Source: Pyrinomonadaceae bacterium | GTDB taxonomy: Bacteria; Acidobacteriota; Blastocatellia; Pyrinomonadales; Pyrinomonadaceae | Direction: 5' to 3' | DNA: 64,000 nucleotides | Assembly (NCBI GenBank): GCA_046313635.1 | Contig: JBKBYA010000003.1 | Location: 64,001-128,000 of the forward strand | Shown: piece by piece, positions 45,361-55,711 of the stretch | How the letters are laid out: every line of letters begins with the position of its first letter | Numbering within the stretch: position 1 is the first letter of the stretch | Position numbers and translations under genes: made by a program | The notes under the pieces: model-generated | The model's input: only the letters and a program-made list of their open reading frames with translations | Databases searched by the model: none | Told to the model about the DNA's origin: nothing

Positions 45361-45390
45361 AAACAAAGAAGGCGGGCCCGCCCCGCCTTC
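45361..45390 (-). terminator. Intrinsic terminator after sppA
   Basis: GAAGGCGGG / CCCGCCTTC stem followed by TTTGTTTT on the minus strand. Confidence 0.65.
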
Positions 45391-45413
45391 GCCTGTCAGG
45401 AGAGAGCGTCCGT

Positions 45414-47216
45414 CTATCTGATGTTCAGTTCGAACGGCATCATCGTCATCGCCTCGCCGCGCTGCATACGGTCAAAGAGCTCGGCGTACTTGAGGCTCTT
45501 GCGAATGTCGGCGGGCAGCGAGTCGATAAGAGCTTTTTGCGCGGCCTGCTGTTTGGCGTCGGCCGAGTCGCTGTCGTCGCCGCCGAACCAGGTCTGAATG
45601 AACGGCTTCGGTGCCGGAAAGACGATGCGGCGGACGTCTCGGTCGGCCGGGAGGTTGGCGAGCTGCTTGGCGATATCGATCGCTTTTTCGAGACCGCCGA
45701 ATTCGTCGATAAGGCCATTCGACCTTGCCTGCGTGCCGGTCCAGACGCGGCCCTGGCCGAGCTCGTTGACACGCTCGGCGCTGAGCTTGCGGCCGGCCGC
45801 GACCTTGGGCACGAAGTTGTTGTAATAGATGTCGTTGGCGCCCTCGAGCATCTTGGCCCGTTCTTCGGGCGTCCATTTTTCGGTCTCGCGAAATATGCCG
45901 GCATTCTTGCCGCGCATAATGTACTCGTTGGTGATCCCGACCCAATCGTAAAAGCCTCGCATCACCGGTTTACCGAGAAACACGCCGATCGAGCCCGTGA
46001 TGGTCGTCGGCTCGGCAACGATCTTGTCGGCATTGCAGGAGATGTAATAGCCGCCCGACGCCGCAACGTCAGACATCGAGACGACGACCGGCTTGCCCTT
46101 GGCCTTTGCGTCCTCGATCGCCTTCCAGATCAGGTCGGATGCGAGCGCCGACCCGCCCGGGCTGTCGACCCGCAGGACGATCGCCTTGATCGCTGTGTCG
46201 GCGGCCGCATCGTTTACGGCTTTGACGAGCGTGTCGGAGCCGACCATCTGCCCGCCAAACGGACTGCTGCTCGAGCTGCCGCCCGTGATCGCTCCCGCGG
46301 CGTAGATGACAGCGACGCGGTCGCCGTTATTCAACCCGAGCGAGTCCGACGGTATCTCGCGATACTCGCCGGCGCCGACCGTGCGGAGCTTGTCATTCTG
46401 GTTGTAGCCGAGTCTGGTCTTGAGCTCGTCGTAGATCTGCTCTTTGTAGAGCGCGTCGTCGATGAGGCCGAGCTGTTTGGCGTCGGCCGCATTGTGCGGT
46501 GCGTTGTCGATCGCGGCTTTGACGTCCTCGGGCGAACGGCCGCGGGCCTCGGCGATCGCATTCAACATCTGCCCGTAATACTCGTCGAGGATCGCGTTGA
46601 TGACCTCGCGCTGGCCTTCGCCCATCTCTTTGCGGGTCCATTGGTCCGGGGCCGTCTTGTACTTTGGCCCGATCTGGATGACGTCGGCCTCGATGCCGAG
46701 CTTGTCGAGCGTGCCTTTGTAAAACATCGCCTCGGCCGCGAAGCCGTTGATATACAGATCGCCCGGCGGCGGCAAAAAGATCTTGTCCGCGGCGGTCGCG
46801 ATGTAGTACTCGCGATTGGTGCCGATCTCCATATAGGCGTAGGCGGGCTTGCCTGACGAGCGAAAGTCCCGGATCGCGTCGCGCAGCTCGGCGGCCTTGC
46901 CCCAGCCGATCGACGGGAAGTCGATATCGAGAAAGACGGCGCCGATGCGCCGGTCGACCTTTGCCTTGCGGAGCTGCGTCATCAGGCTTGTAAAAGACTG
47001 CTTCTGCTGGATGCCGAACGCCTTTGCAAGCTGGTCCTCGGGAACGTAGTCGGGCAGATCGCCGGTGACGCGCAGGACGAGGACGCTGTTCTCGGGTACG
47101 CTCGGGCGGCCCATTCGCTCAAAAAGAAGGGCGGCGGCGATGATCGCGACGAGAAAGAAAACAAAGATCACGCCGCCGACGATCAGGATGATTTTCGAAG
47201 TTTTTGAAAGTGCCAT
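45414..47216 (-). CDS. sppA: Signal peptide peptidase SppA (67K type)
   Basis: N-terminal TM, two S49 domains, RVDSPGGS, AASGGYY, TGSIGV, GRVWTG. Confidence 0.95.
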   Translation of the reverse strand: MALSKTSKIILIVGGVIFVFFLVAIIAAALLFERMGRPSVPENSVLVLRVTGDLPDYVPEDQLAKAFGIQQKQSFTSLMTQLRKAKVDRRIGAVFLDIDFPSIGWGKAAELRDAIRDFRSSGKPAYAYMEIGTNREYYIATAADKIFLPPPGDLYINGFAAEAMFYKGTLDKLGIEADVIQIGPKYKTAPDQWTRKEMGEGQREVINAILDEYYGQMLNAIAEARGRSPEDVKAAIDNAPHNAADAKQLGLIDDALYKEQIYDELKTRLGYNQNDKLRTVGAGEYREIPSDSLGLNNGDRVAVIYAAGAITGGSSSSSPFGGQMVGSDTLVKAVNDAAADTAIKAIVLRVDSPGGSALASDLIWKAIEDAKAKGKPVVVSMSDVAASGGYYISCNADKIVAEPTTITGSIGVFLGKPVMRGFYDWVGITNEYIMRGKNAGIFRETEKWTPEERAKMLEGANDIYYNNFVPKVAAGRKLSAERVNELGQGRVWTGTQARSNGLIDEFGGLEKAIDIAKQLANLPADRDVRRIVFPAPKPFIQTWFGGDDSDSADAKQQAAQKALIDSLPADIRKSLKYAELFDRMQRGEAMTMMPFELNIR

Positions 47217-47266
47217 TTGGTGAATCACCGACTAGTACGCGTCGGCCCGCGAAATTGTTTGACGCG

Positions 47267-48109
47267 TCAAAACAATGACTTTTGCCGCGTGACGGTGTCA
47301 AAGTCTCTCTCACCGAGTCCGAGCAGCCGCAGGAGCTTATTGGCCGTCGCCGGCGCGAAGCCCTCGAAATAATTGTCGCAGTACACGTAGATCTCGTCAG
47401 CCTCGATGCGCCGAATGTTGGCCGCCCATTGCTCGAGCACGTCGTCGCGGCGGCGATAGATGCGGTCAAATCTCTCGAGATCGCGCTCGCCCATGATGCG
47501 GATGTAGCAGCGATCTGCCGTCACCTTGCCGATCGCGTCGAACATCACCTCGCGCGGCAGCCACGGCCCCTCGACGAGACACAGCGAAGCGCCGGCGGCT
47601 TCCAGCTCGCGATATGTCCAGTCGATGAACCAGTCGCGATGACGGAACTCGACGGCGAACTTCTGATCGCGGGGAAGCTCGTTGAGCAATCGCCGCAGAT
47701 TCTGCGCGTTCTCTTTGCTCCCTTCAAAGCTCGGCGGCAGCTGGATGAGCATCATCGCGAGCTTGTCGCCGAGCAGCCGCGCACGTTCGCAGAACTCACG
47801 CATCACCGGCAGCGATTCGGGTGCAAGCCGCCGGTCGTGCGTCACCTCGCGAGGGAATTTGAGACTGAATTTGAAATCGTCCGGCGTCTCGCGATGCCAT
47901 TTCTCGAGCGTCGTGGATGCAGGTATGCCGTAGAGCGTCGCGTCCACCTCGATCGTGTCAAAGACGCGCGAGTATGCCGCCAGCATCTCGGCCTTTTTGG
48001 TTCCGGGCGGATAAAAGATGTGATCGCCCGCCGGCCTGGTGACCCAGTCCTCGTAGCCCCAGCTCTGGCAGCCGATCCTGATCCGTTCATCCGCGGCGGA
48101 CTGTCGCAT
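47267..48109 (-). CDS. DUF72 family protein
   Basis: IG..SW.Y..W, IEVDATLY, FSLKFPREVTH, QLPPSF, AVEFRH. Confidence 0.9.
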   Translation of the reverse strand: MRQSAADERIRIGCQSWGYEDWVTRPAGDHIFYPPGTKKAEMLAAYSRVFDTIEVDATLYGIPASTTLEKWHRETPDDFKFSLKFPREVTHDRRLAPESLPVMREFCERARLLGDKLAMMLIQLPPSFEGSKENAQNLRRLLNELPRDQKFAVEFRHRDWFIDWTYRELEAAGASLCLVEGPWLPREVMFDAIGKVTADRCYIRIMGERDLERFDRIYRRRDDVLEQWAANIRRIEADEIYVYCDNYFEGFAPATANKLLRLLGLGERDFDTVTRQKSLF

Positions 48110-48182
48110 TAGTATATTTTGTCGGTCGGCGGCGTCGCGTTCAATTCGCTGCGAAGCAGGGCGCCGTTCGGAGCATCCAGAT

Positions 48183-48782
48183 CTACCGTCGCCCTTTCGC
48201 CACCTCGGCGACGATGAGGTTGACGACGCCGCCCAGCTTTGGCCGGAGCGCAACGATGCGCAGCCCGGCATCGTGTGCAAGTTCTGCGGTTCGGCGGTTG
48301 AAATGATCGTCAAAGACCCTAGAGGTCACGACGTTGATCGCATCAAAAGCAAGACCGAGCAGCCCTGGCGGCCTGACATGCTCGAGCAGAACGACGCTTC
48401 CTCCTGACCTCACCGTTCTGATGAGCTCGGCAAAAGCTTTCTGCGGTGACGGTATCGAGCAAAAGACGAGCGTCGCGATCGCCGCATCAAAGGTGTCGTC
48501 CGCAAACGGCAGGCAGACGGCGTCGGCCTGTATCAGATGCACAGACGCTGCGGCCCGCGTGCGGGCGGTCTCGAGCATCGGCAGCGAGAGTTCCGTCAAC
48601 GCGATCTCGCCGGCCGCGGCCGAATAGAACGGCAGATTTCGCCCCGTGCCGGCGCCGATCTCGAGGACGCGCGATCCCGGCGGCAGCTCGGCGGCCGCCT
48701 CGGCCCGCCAGCGAGCGAGACCGAGCCGCTCGAGCGGCTCGATGCAGCGGTCGTAACGGCTTGCGATGCGGTCGTAAAGCAT
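48183..48782 (-). CDS. Class I SAM-dependent methyltransferase
   Basis: VLEIGAGTGRN, LPFADDTFD, LVFCSI, LLEHVR. Confidence 0.9.
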   Translation of the reverse strand: MLYDRIASRYDRCIEPLERLGLARWRAEAAAELPPGSRVLEIGAGTGRNLPFYSAAAGEIALTELSLPMLETARTRAAASVHLIQADAVCLPFADDTFDAAIATLVFCSIPSPQKAFAELIRTVRSGGSVVLLEHVRPPGLLGLAFDAINVVTSRVFDDHFNRRTAELAHDAGLRIVALRPKLGGVVNLIVAEVAKGRR

Positions 48783-48934
48783 TCGATATCGCGAAGGGCG
48801 CTGTCGTCAAACCGGTGAAACCCGCCGCGCGTCGACCAGCCCCGATCCGCCGCCGGCAAGCTGCTGTCGATAAAGTTCGCCGCGGTTAACAATTACCAGC
48901 TAACCCTTTACAATTAAGCCTTCGCTTTCACCAT

Positions 48935-50350
48935 ATGGCAAAGAAAGGTTCCGTTCTAGTCTGCGACGACGAAGAGATCATGCGCGACGTGCTCGAGACG
49001 ATCCTTACCGGAGCGGGCTATCGCGTCGATCTGGCCAAGACCGGCGAAGAGGCGGTCGAGTGCTATTCGCAAAAGACCTACGACGTCGTGCTGATGGACG
49101 TCTCGATGCCCGGCATGGGCGGCCTCACCGCGCTCGAGGAGCTGATCGCGATGGACTCGGAAGCGGTCGTCCTGATGATCACGGCCTACGCGACCTTTGA
49201 CACGGCGATCTCGGCCTGGGAAAAAGGCGCCGCCGGCGTCATTCGCAAGCCTTTTCAGAACGAGCAGATCCTCGCCCTCGTCGCCCGCGGCATCCGCAAG
49301 CGGCAAAAGGAAGAAGAACGCCAGACGCTGCGCCAGGCGATGGCCAAGTCGGTCAAACGCGAGGGCTTCATCGGCCGCTCCGAGGTGATGGAGAATGTCT
49401 TTCGCCTTGTCGAGCGCGTCGCACCGGCACGCTCGACCGTGCTGATCACGGGCGAGAGCGGGACCGGAAAGGAGCTCGTCGCCAAGGCGATCCACGAGGG
49501 CAGCCCGCGCGCCGGGAATGCGTTCGTCGTCGTCAACTGCTCTAACATTCCGTCCGAGCTGCTCGAGTCGGAGCTCTTCGGCCATACGAAAGGCGCGTTC
49601 ACCGGCGCGGTCGCGGCGAAGAAAGGGCTTTTTGAAGTGGCCGATTCGGGCTCGATCTTTCTCGACGAGATCGGCGACCTCAGGCCCGAGACTCAGGTGC
49701 GGCTGCTGCGTGTCATACAGGAGAGGGAGTTCACGCCGCTCGGCGACACGACGCCGCTCAAGGTCGACGTCCGCATCATCGCGGCGACCAACGTCGATCT
49801 GAAGGAGGCCGTCAAGAACGGCACGTTTCGCGAGGACCTCTACTATCGCCTCTCGGTCGTGCCGATCGAGCTGCCGCCGCTCAGGACGCGCCGCGAGGAC
49901 ATCCTGCCGCTCGCGCAGCACTTTATCCGAAAGTACAACGAGGAGAACGGCCGCAGCATTTCAGAGAATCTCGCCCCCGAAGTGTTGTCGCTGCTCGAGA
50001 ATTACCACTTCCCCGGCAACGTCCGCGAACTCGAGAATATTATCGAGCGTGCGGTCGTGATCGCGCCGACCGACGAGCTGACGCTCGAGTGCCTCACGCC
50101 CGAGGTCCGTGACCCGCACGCCGCGCTCGAGCGCATTCGTGCGACCGAGGGCACGGCCGCCGACGTCGATATCGCGCGAGGCGTCAACTTTTACGACGAG
50201 GTCAAAAAATTCGAGATCGATCTCATCCGCCGGGCCCTCGAGCAGACCGGCGGGCACCAGTCGCGCGCCGCGCGTCTGCTCGGCCTCAACGCGACGACGC
50301 TCAACTCAAAGATCAAGAGCTACAACCTCACCCCACGCGAGCCGAAATAG
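48935..50350 (+). CDS. Sigma54-dependent response regulator (NtrC/AtoC family)
   Basis: Receiver domain, GESGTGKE, GAFTGA, FLDEIG, FREDLYYRL, PGNVRELEN, Fis-type HTH. Confidence 0.96.
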   Translation: MAKKGSVLVCDDEEIMRDVLETILTGAGYRVDLAKTGEEAVECYSQKTYDVVLMDVSMPGMGGLTALEELIAMDSEAVVLMITAYATFDTAISAWEKGAAGVIRKPFQNEQILALVARGIRKRQKEEERQTLRQAMAKSVKREGFIGRSEVMENVFRLVERVAPARSTVLITGESGTGKELVAKAIHEGSPRAGNAFVVVNCSNIPSELLESELFGHTKGAFTGAVAAKKGLFEVADSGSIFLDEIGDLRPETQVRLLRVIQEREFTPLGDTTPLKVDVRIIAATNVDLKEAVKNGTFREDLYYRLSVVPIELPPLRTRREDILPLAQHFIRKYNEENGRSISENLAPEVLSLLENYHFPGNVRELENIIERAVVIAPTDELTLECLTPEVRDPHAALERIRATEGTAADVDIARGVNFYDEVKKFEIDLIRRALEQTGGHQSRAARLLGLNATTLNSKIKSYNLTPREPK

Positions 50351-50456
50351 CACACTAATTCAAAATTCTGGAAATTATTGCAAAGCTTCGTAATCGCGGC
50401 GTTGAGCTCAAACCGGTAACCTCTGTATTTTCATAATTTTTCGTGCCGCCGCGGGG

Positions 50457-50471
50457 TGGCACCGCGGTTGC
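50457..50471 (+). promoter_or_regulatory. Sigma54 (-24/-12) promoter upstream of the TonB-dependent receptor
   Basis: TGGCAC-CGCGG-TTGC matches TGGCAC-N5-TTGC exactly. Confidence 0.75.
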
Positions 50472-50642
50472 CTCGTAAATTTCAGACTTTCACCCATTTT
50501 TGGACCGTCCGGCTCTTAATTAATTTTCATATTCAAGAGTTCCCGATTTAATTGGGTTCGGGCCACTGACTGCATCGGCAGGCCTTCGCCTACTTTTTCG
50601 CACTTATTGTAGTTAAGTGAAACCAAATCTGGAGGAGTATCA

Positions 50643-53600
50643 ATGAGGAAATTTACCCACTGTCTCGCTCTGCTGCTGCTGGCCTTTGCGGCCACGGTTG
50701 CGGTGCAGGCACAAACGACCACGGGACGCATCGTCGGCACTGTCTCGACGCCCGACGGAGCTGTGGTGCCGGGTGCCAGCGTGGTCTTGACCGACACCAA
50801 GACGGGACGTGAAAGGACGTTCACTACCAGCGAGGAGGGCGGCTTCAGCATCCCGAACCTCGACGTAGGTGTCTATACCGTAAAGGTCACCGCCCAAGGC
50901 TTTAAGACGACCACGGCCACGGTGACCGTTCAGGTCGGACAAGAATATTCGCTGCCGATCCAGCTCGCAGTTGGCGACGTCAGCGAGACGGTGACCGTGA
51001 CCGCGGGCGCCGATATCATCAATTCAACAAATGCCGAGCTAACCTCGACGCTTTCTAATAGGCAGATCACCGAGCTGCCGCTCGCAACGAGGAATCCGCT
51101 CGCGCTGATCCTTACCCAGGCGGGCTCGGGATCGAACCCGAATCAGAACACATCGATCAACGGCAGCCGCACGTCGGCGACGAATATCACACGTGACGGC
51201 GTCAACATCCAGGACAACTTCATTCGCTCGAACGCGACCGACTTTGCTCCGGGCCGCCCGAGCGTCGACAACGTCGAAGAATTTACACTTTCATCGCAGA
51301 GCTCGCTCGATACCGGCTTCGGCGCGGCTCAGGTCAACTTTGTGACGCCGCGAGGCGGCAACGAGTTTCACGGCGCGGGCTGGATCTATAACCGCAACTC
51401 GGCTTTTGGAGCTAACAGCTTTTTTGCGAATGCCAGCGGAAGCTATCCGCCGGACCACCCGGCCGTCATCGCCGGATTCCGCCGGGCCGGTGAACCCATC
51501 AACCCGAGGCCTTATCGCAACCGTAATCAATACGGAACGAAGGTGAGCGGTCCGATCCTGAAGAACAAGCTCTTTTTCTTCGCTTTTGGTGAAAAACTTA
51601 AGGACATCGTGCAGTCCTCGCGTGTTGTGACCACCCTTACGCCTACCGCCAGGCAGGGCATTTTCAGATACTCGGCGGGCGGAACGGTGTACAGCGTGAA
51701 CATCTTCACGCCCGGTGCCTTTACCGTCGGCTCGGGCGGCGGGACCGTTCCGACCGGTATCAACACGGTGGTGGCCAACGAGATCCTCTCGCAGCTTCCG
51801 GCCGGCAACGGCTTTGAATCGGGCGACGGCCTCAACACGCAATCGGCACGCTACTTCCAGCAGGCCAATTCGGAACGAGAGAGCCTGACCGGCCGCATCG
51901 ATTGGGACCTCAACAGTAAGAACAACATCAATTTTGTAGGCGACTACAATTACGAAGAGAATCTCCGTAATGACGTCGACACGTTCAGCGTCATCCCGGT
52001 CGTTCTTCAGCCGGCCCGTAACGTGCTGTTCTCGGGCGGTTGGCGTTTCACCCCGACGGCGAATCTGAACAACGAGTTTCGTATCGGGCGCATCTTCAGC
52101 CGGCCCGACTTTCTGCGCACCGACAATCTGCCGGGCTTTACCTACGCTCCGACCCTTGTCAACTTTAAGCCGGGCGCAACGACGGCCGCCGGTCTCAACC
52201 AGGGCCGCAGCGTGAGCACGGTCAACGCGCAGGATACGCTCACCTGGATCGTCAGCGATCATACGCTCCGACTCGGTGTCCAGTACCAGCGGGTCGATAT
52301 CAGCGCCTACAACGATATCGGCACCCTGCCGCATTACAACTTCGGTATCAGCTCGGCCGGACCGGTTTTGAATTCCGGCGTGCTCTCGACCGCTGCCGGC
52401 GGGCCTGCGTTGACCGCCACGCAGCAGACGACGGCCCGCAATCTGTTTGCACTGCTCGGCGGGATCATCGGCTCCGGTCAGCAGACGTTCAACGTTACCT
52501 CGCGCGATTCGGGATTCGTAAATCGTGCGACAAACCTCCGCGAGTTCCGATATTGGATGCTTGCTCCGTACGTCACCGACCAGTGGCGTGCACGCCCGGA
52601 CCTCACGGTCAACGTGGGTCTGCGTTTCGACTATCAGGCTCCGCTGAGGAGTAAGAACGGTCTCTATTGGGAGCCGGCTATCCCCAGCGGCAAGAGCGTC
52701 GTCGATGCGGTACTCGACCCGGCGGGCACGTTCCAGTTCATCGGCGGCAATTCAGGAAAGGCGAACACCTTCTATAAGGCCGATACCAACAACTGGGCCC
52801 CGGCCATCGGTGTCGCCTGGGCGCCGAAGAACATGAGCGGCTTCTTCAAGGGCTTGCTCGGCGAGGACTTCGTGCTTCGCGGCGGCTATCGCCTCAGCTA
52901 TGTCAACGACGAACTGGTGCGTGCTCCGGACAACGCCCTGGGCAACCATCCGGGATTCTCTTCGACGATCGCCGCTCTTCGCGGCGGCACGTCGACGGCC
53001 CTCGATGACCGGCTCGGCGGCACGTTGACCCCGGTCGCGGTCCCGACGTTCGTTTCGTCGCGTTCGTACACGACGAACAACACAGCGGCCTTCAGCAATA
53101 CGGGAACGGTCTTCGCGATCGATCCCGAATTGAAGACGCCGATGCAGCACGACTACTCGATCGGCATCCAGCGAAAGTTCGGCGACTGGGTCTTTGAGGC
53201 ACGATACGTCGGCAGCCAGAGCAGCAACATGCTCCGGACGATCGACTATAACCAGGTCAAGATCCCGGCCGCTTACGCCGCGGACTTTGCCGTCGTTCGG
53301 GCTAACGTGCTCGCAGGCTGCGCGACCAACGCCGCTTGCGCGACCGGTGCTCCGCTCTTCCAGTCGATGGTCAACGCCGGCGGCGTGCTTGCGACCAATA
53401 CGTTTGGCTCGCTGGTCAGCACGGGTCAGATCGCAGAGCTGATCTGGCAGCAGCTGATCAACGGTAACATTCCGAACCCGAACACCGTACCGGTCCCGAC
53501 CGGAGCGCTTCGTTCGCTCTTCCTGGCCAATCCGAATGCGGGAGTCGTCAACGTTCTTGAGAATGGCGGCAGCTTCCACTACAACTCCGGCCAGTTCGAG

Positions 53601-54446
53601 CTGCGTCGACAGTTCTCAAAGGGATTGTTCGTCCAGGCGAACTACACGTTCTCCAAAGAGCTGACCGACGCGATCGGTACGGCTCAGACCCGTGTCGAAC
53701 CGTTCCTCGACAACGCCAATCGCAAGCTTGACGTCGCGCGTGCCGATTACGATCAGACACACGTGCTCAACGTCAACGCGATCTACGAGCTTCCCTTCGG
53801 CAAAGGCCGTCGGTGGTTCAATGACAATACGCTGGTCGATTATGTGATCGGCGGTTGGCAGCTTGGATTTGTCGGGCGTCTCGCTTCGGGTTCGCCGATC
53901 ACGTTCACGGACGCGCGCGGCACGCTCAACCGTTCGGGACGTTCAGGCCGTCAGACGGCTCTGACCACCCTGACCGGTGACGAACTCAAGCGTATTGTCG
54001 GCGTATTCCGCACACCGTGCGGCGTGTACTTCGTCAATCCGATCTTCATCAACATCAACCAAGCCAACCTGGCGGCGGGCAACTGCACGGCTCTGACGGC
54101 AGGCGTCCCGACAGGCACGGTCGGCGGAGCCGCATCGAGCGGCTTTGGCCAGCCGTCGTTCACCGGCCAGGTCTTCTTCAACAACGGCCCGCTGCAGACC
54201 AGCGGTCTCGGGCGAGCGATCGTCAACGGTCCGACCTACTTGAGCGCTGACATCTCGCTGTTGAAGAACTTCCGGATCACGGAGCGTGTCACGTTCCAGG
54301 TCCGCGGCGAGGCCTATAACTTTACGAACACCCCGTACTTTGCGCCGGGGCAGTTCATCGATATCAACAGCACCACGTTCGGCCGTATCACCGGCGTCGC
54401 GGTCGGTGCTCGCGTTATCCAGTTTGCCGGACGTCTGAGCTTCTAG
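50643..54446 (+). CDS. TonB-dependent receptor with carboxypeptidase-regulatory-like domain (Oar-type)
   Basis: GGAGG RBS, signal peptide, ITELPL..RN, DGVNIQDN, GGNEFHG, DQWR, terminal AGRLSF. Confidence 0.93.
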   Translation: MRKFTHCLALLLLAFAATVAVQAQTTTGRIVGTVSTPDGAVVPGASVVLTDTKTGRERTFTTSEEGGFSIPNLDVGVYTVKVTAQGFKTTTATVTVQVGQEYSLPIQLAVGDVSETVTVTAGADIINSTNAELTSTLSNRQITELPLATRNPLALILTQAGSGSNPNQNTSINGSRTSATNITRDGVNIQDNFIRSNATDFAPGRPSVDNVEEFTLSSQSSLDTGFGAAQVNFVTPRGGNEFHGAGWIYNRNSAFGANSFFANASGSYPPDHPAVIAGFRRAGEPINPRPYRNRNQYGTKVSGPILKNKLFFFAFGEKLKDIVQSSRVVTTLTPTARQGIFRYSAGGTVYSVNIFTPGAFTVGSGGGTVPTGINTVVANEILSQLPAGNGFESGDGLNTQSARYFQQANSERESLTGRIDWDLNSKNNINFVGDYNYEENLRNDVDTFSVIPVVLQPARNVLFSGGWRFTPTANLNNEFRIGRIFSRPDFLRTDNLPGFTYAPTLVNFKPGATTAAGLNQGRSVSTVNAQDTLTWIVSDHTLRLGVQYQRVDISAYNDIGTLPHYNFGISSAGPVLNSGVLSTAAGGPALTATQQTTARNLFALLGGIIGSGQQTFNVTSRDSGFVNRATNLREFRYWMLAPYVTDQWRARPDLTVNVGLRFDYQAPLRSKNGLYWEPAIPSGKSVVDAVLDPAGTFQFIGGNSGKANTFYKADTNNWAPAIGVAWAPKNMSGFFKGLLGEDFVLRGGYRLSYVNDELVRAPDNALGNHPGFSSTIAALRGGTSTALDDRLGGTLTPVAVPTFVSSRSYTTNNTAAFSNTGTVFAIDPELKTPMQHDYSIGIQRKFGDWVFEARYVGSQSSNMLRTIDYNQVKIPAAYAADFAVVRANVLAGCATNAACATGAPLFQSMVNAGGVLATNTFGSLVSTGQIAELIWQQLINGNIPNPNTVPVPTGALRSLFLANPNAGVVNVLENGGSFHYNSGQFELRRQFSKGLFVQANYTFSKELTDAIGTAQTRVEPFLDNANRKLDVARADYDQTHVLNVNAIYELPFGKGRRWFNDNTLVDYVIGGWQLGFVGRLASGSPITFTDARGTLNRSGRSGRQTALTTLTGDELKRIVGVFRTPCGVYFVNPIFININQANLAAGNCTALTAGVPTGTVGGAASSGFGQPSFTGQVFFNNGPLQTSGLGRAIVNGPTYLSADISLLKNFRITERVTFQVRGEAYNFTNTPYFAPGQFIDINSTTFGRITGVAVGARVIQFAGRLSF

Positions 54447-54470
54447 GAGCAGGGACTTCCTGTAACATTC

Positions 54471-54502
54471 GGCGCCGTCCTCTCGAGGGCGGCGCCTTTT
54501 TT
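54471..54502 (+). terminator. Intrinsic terminator after the receptor gene
   Basis: GGCGCCGTCCTC-TC-GAGGGCGGCGCC followed by a T run. Confidence 0.75.
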
Positions 54503-54594
54503 CGCGCTTCCGCTGCCGCGCATCGCCGATGGGGCCCGGCCTTTCTCCGTCGCCGCAGGCGAGGCTATAATGCCGGGGTAGCCCATCGATCCCA

Positions 54595-55704
54595 ATGCCC
54601 GATCCGCACATCTCAAACGGACAGCAAGACCTCTCTATCAAGCCGCTCGGTGCGGGCGACCTGATCGATCGCGCAGTGCGACTGTACAGGCAGAATTTCA
54701 GGACGCTGCTGCTGATCGCGGCGCCGCCGGTGATGGTCGGGGCGGCGTTCCTGGTCGTGTGGCGGTTTGCAATGAGAGAGATGTTCGGCATCTCGTCGAG
54801 CGCAGCGGTGGGCGGCGAGCTGGTCCTTTATTACGTTTTCACGGCGCTCGGCAGCGCTCTGATCTGGTTTCTCGAGACGGTCGCGACGCTGGTCGTGATG
54901 GGCGGCGCGTCGCGAAACTTTGTCCGCAGCCTGCTCTTTGGCGAGCCGCTGTCCTTCCGCGAGACGTATCGCAATGTCCGATCGCGTCTCGCCGGTCTCA
55001 CCGTGGCGTCGATGCTGATCGCCTTTGTGCTCTCCGTCGTAGGCGTGGTCGTCTTTTATCTCTCGATGCTTGCGCTCGGCGTGTCGATGGTACTCATCGC
55101 GGCGACGCTTGAAGCGCTTCCGTTCCTGCTCGTCATCGCCGTGGTCCTGGCCGCCGCGGTGATCGTACTGGGCGGCGGGGCGTTGTTCTTTCTCGCGGCG
55201 TCGCGATTCGCATACGTGCCGCAGGTGATGATGGTCGAGGGGCAGTCGGTCGGCGCCGCGATCGCACGCAGCACCTCGCTCGCGAGCGGCAATTTGAAGC
55301 GTCTTGCCGCGCTCTTTATCTTTACGACGGTCGCGACCTACTCGGCGCTTGCCATTCTCTACGTGCCGCTCGGATGGATAGGCTGGCTCGAGGGCGTCGA
55401 GATCATCTCCGGCAACGCCGACAGCGTGCCGGCCTGGTACGAGCTCGCGTCGCAGCTGATCGGGCAGGCGAGCGTCATCCTTATGTCGCCGGTCTGGATG
55501 ATCGGACTGTGTCTGCTATACGTCGACGAGCGCGTCCGCAGCGAGGGCTACGATATCGAACTGATGGCCGCTCGCTCGCTCGGCGAGATACCCGCGGTAC
55601 CGCCGGATCACGTCAATCCGCTGCAGCCGGCGCTGGCCGGCACGCAGGCGTCGGCCCCGGCACGGGATGACGGCGGGCGATTGACGACGCTGGGTCTCGG
55701 GTGA
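54595..55704 (+). CDS. Multi-pass membrane protein of the MoxR/DUF4129/DUF4350 cluster
   Basis: KPLGAGDLIDRAVRLYR; LLYVDERVRSEGYDIEL. Confidence 0.82.
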   Translation: MPDPHISNGQQDLSIKPLGAGDLIDRAVRLYRQNFRTLLLIAAPPVMVGAAFLVVWRFAMREMFGISSSAAVGGELVLYYVFTALGSALIWFLETVATLVVMGGASRNFVRSLLFGEPLSFRETYRNVRSRLAGLTVASMLIAFVLSVVGVVVFYLSMLALGVSMVLIAATLEALPFLLVIAVVLAAAVIVLGGGALFFLAASRFAYVPQVMMVEGQSVGAAIARSTSLASGNLKRLAALFIFTTVATYSALAILYVPLGWIGWLEGVEIISGNADSVPAWYELASQLIGQASVILMSPVWMIGLCLLYVDERVRSEGYDIELMAARSLGEIPAVPPDHVNPLQPALAGTQASAPARDDGGRLTTLGLG

Positions 55705-55711
55705 GCGATCG

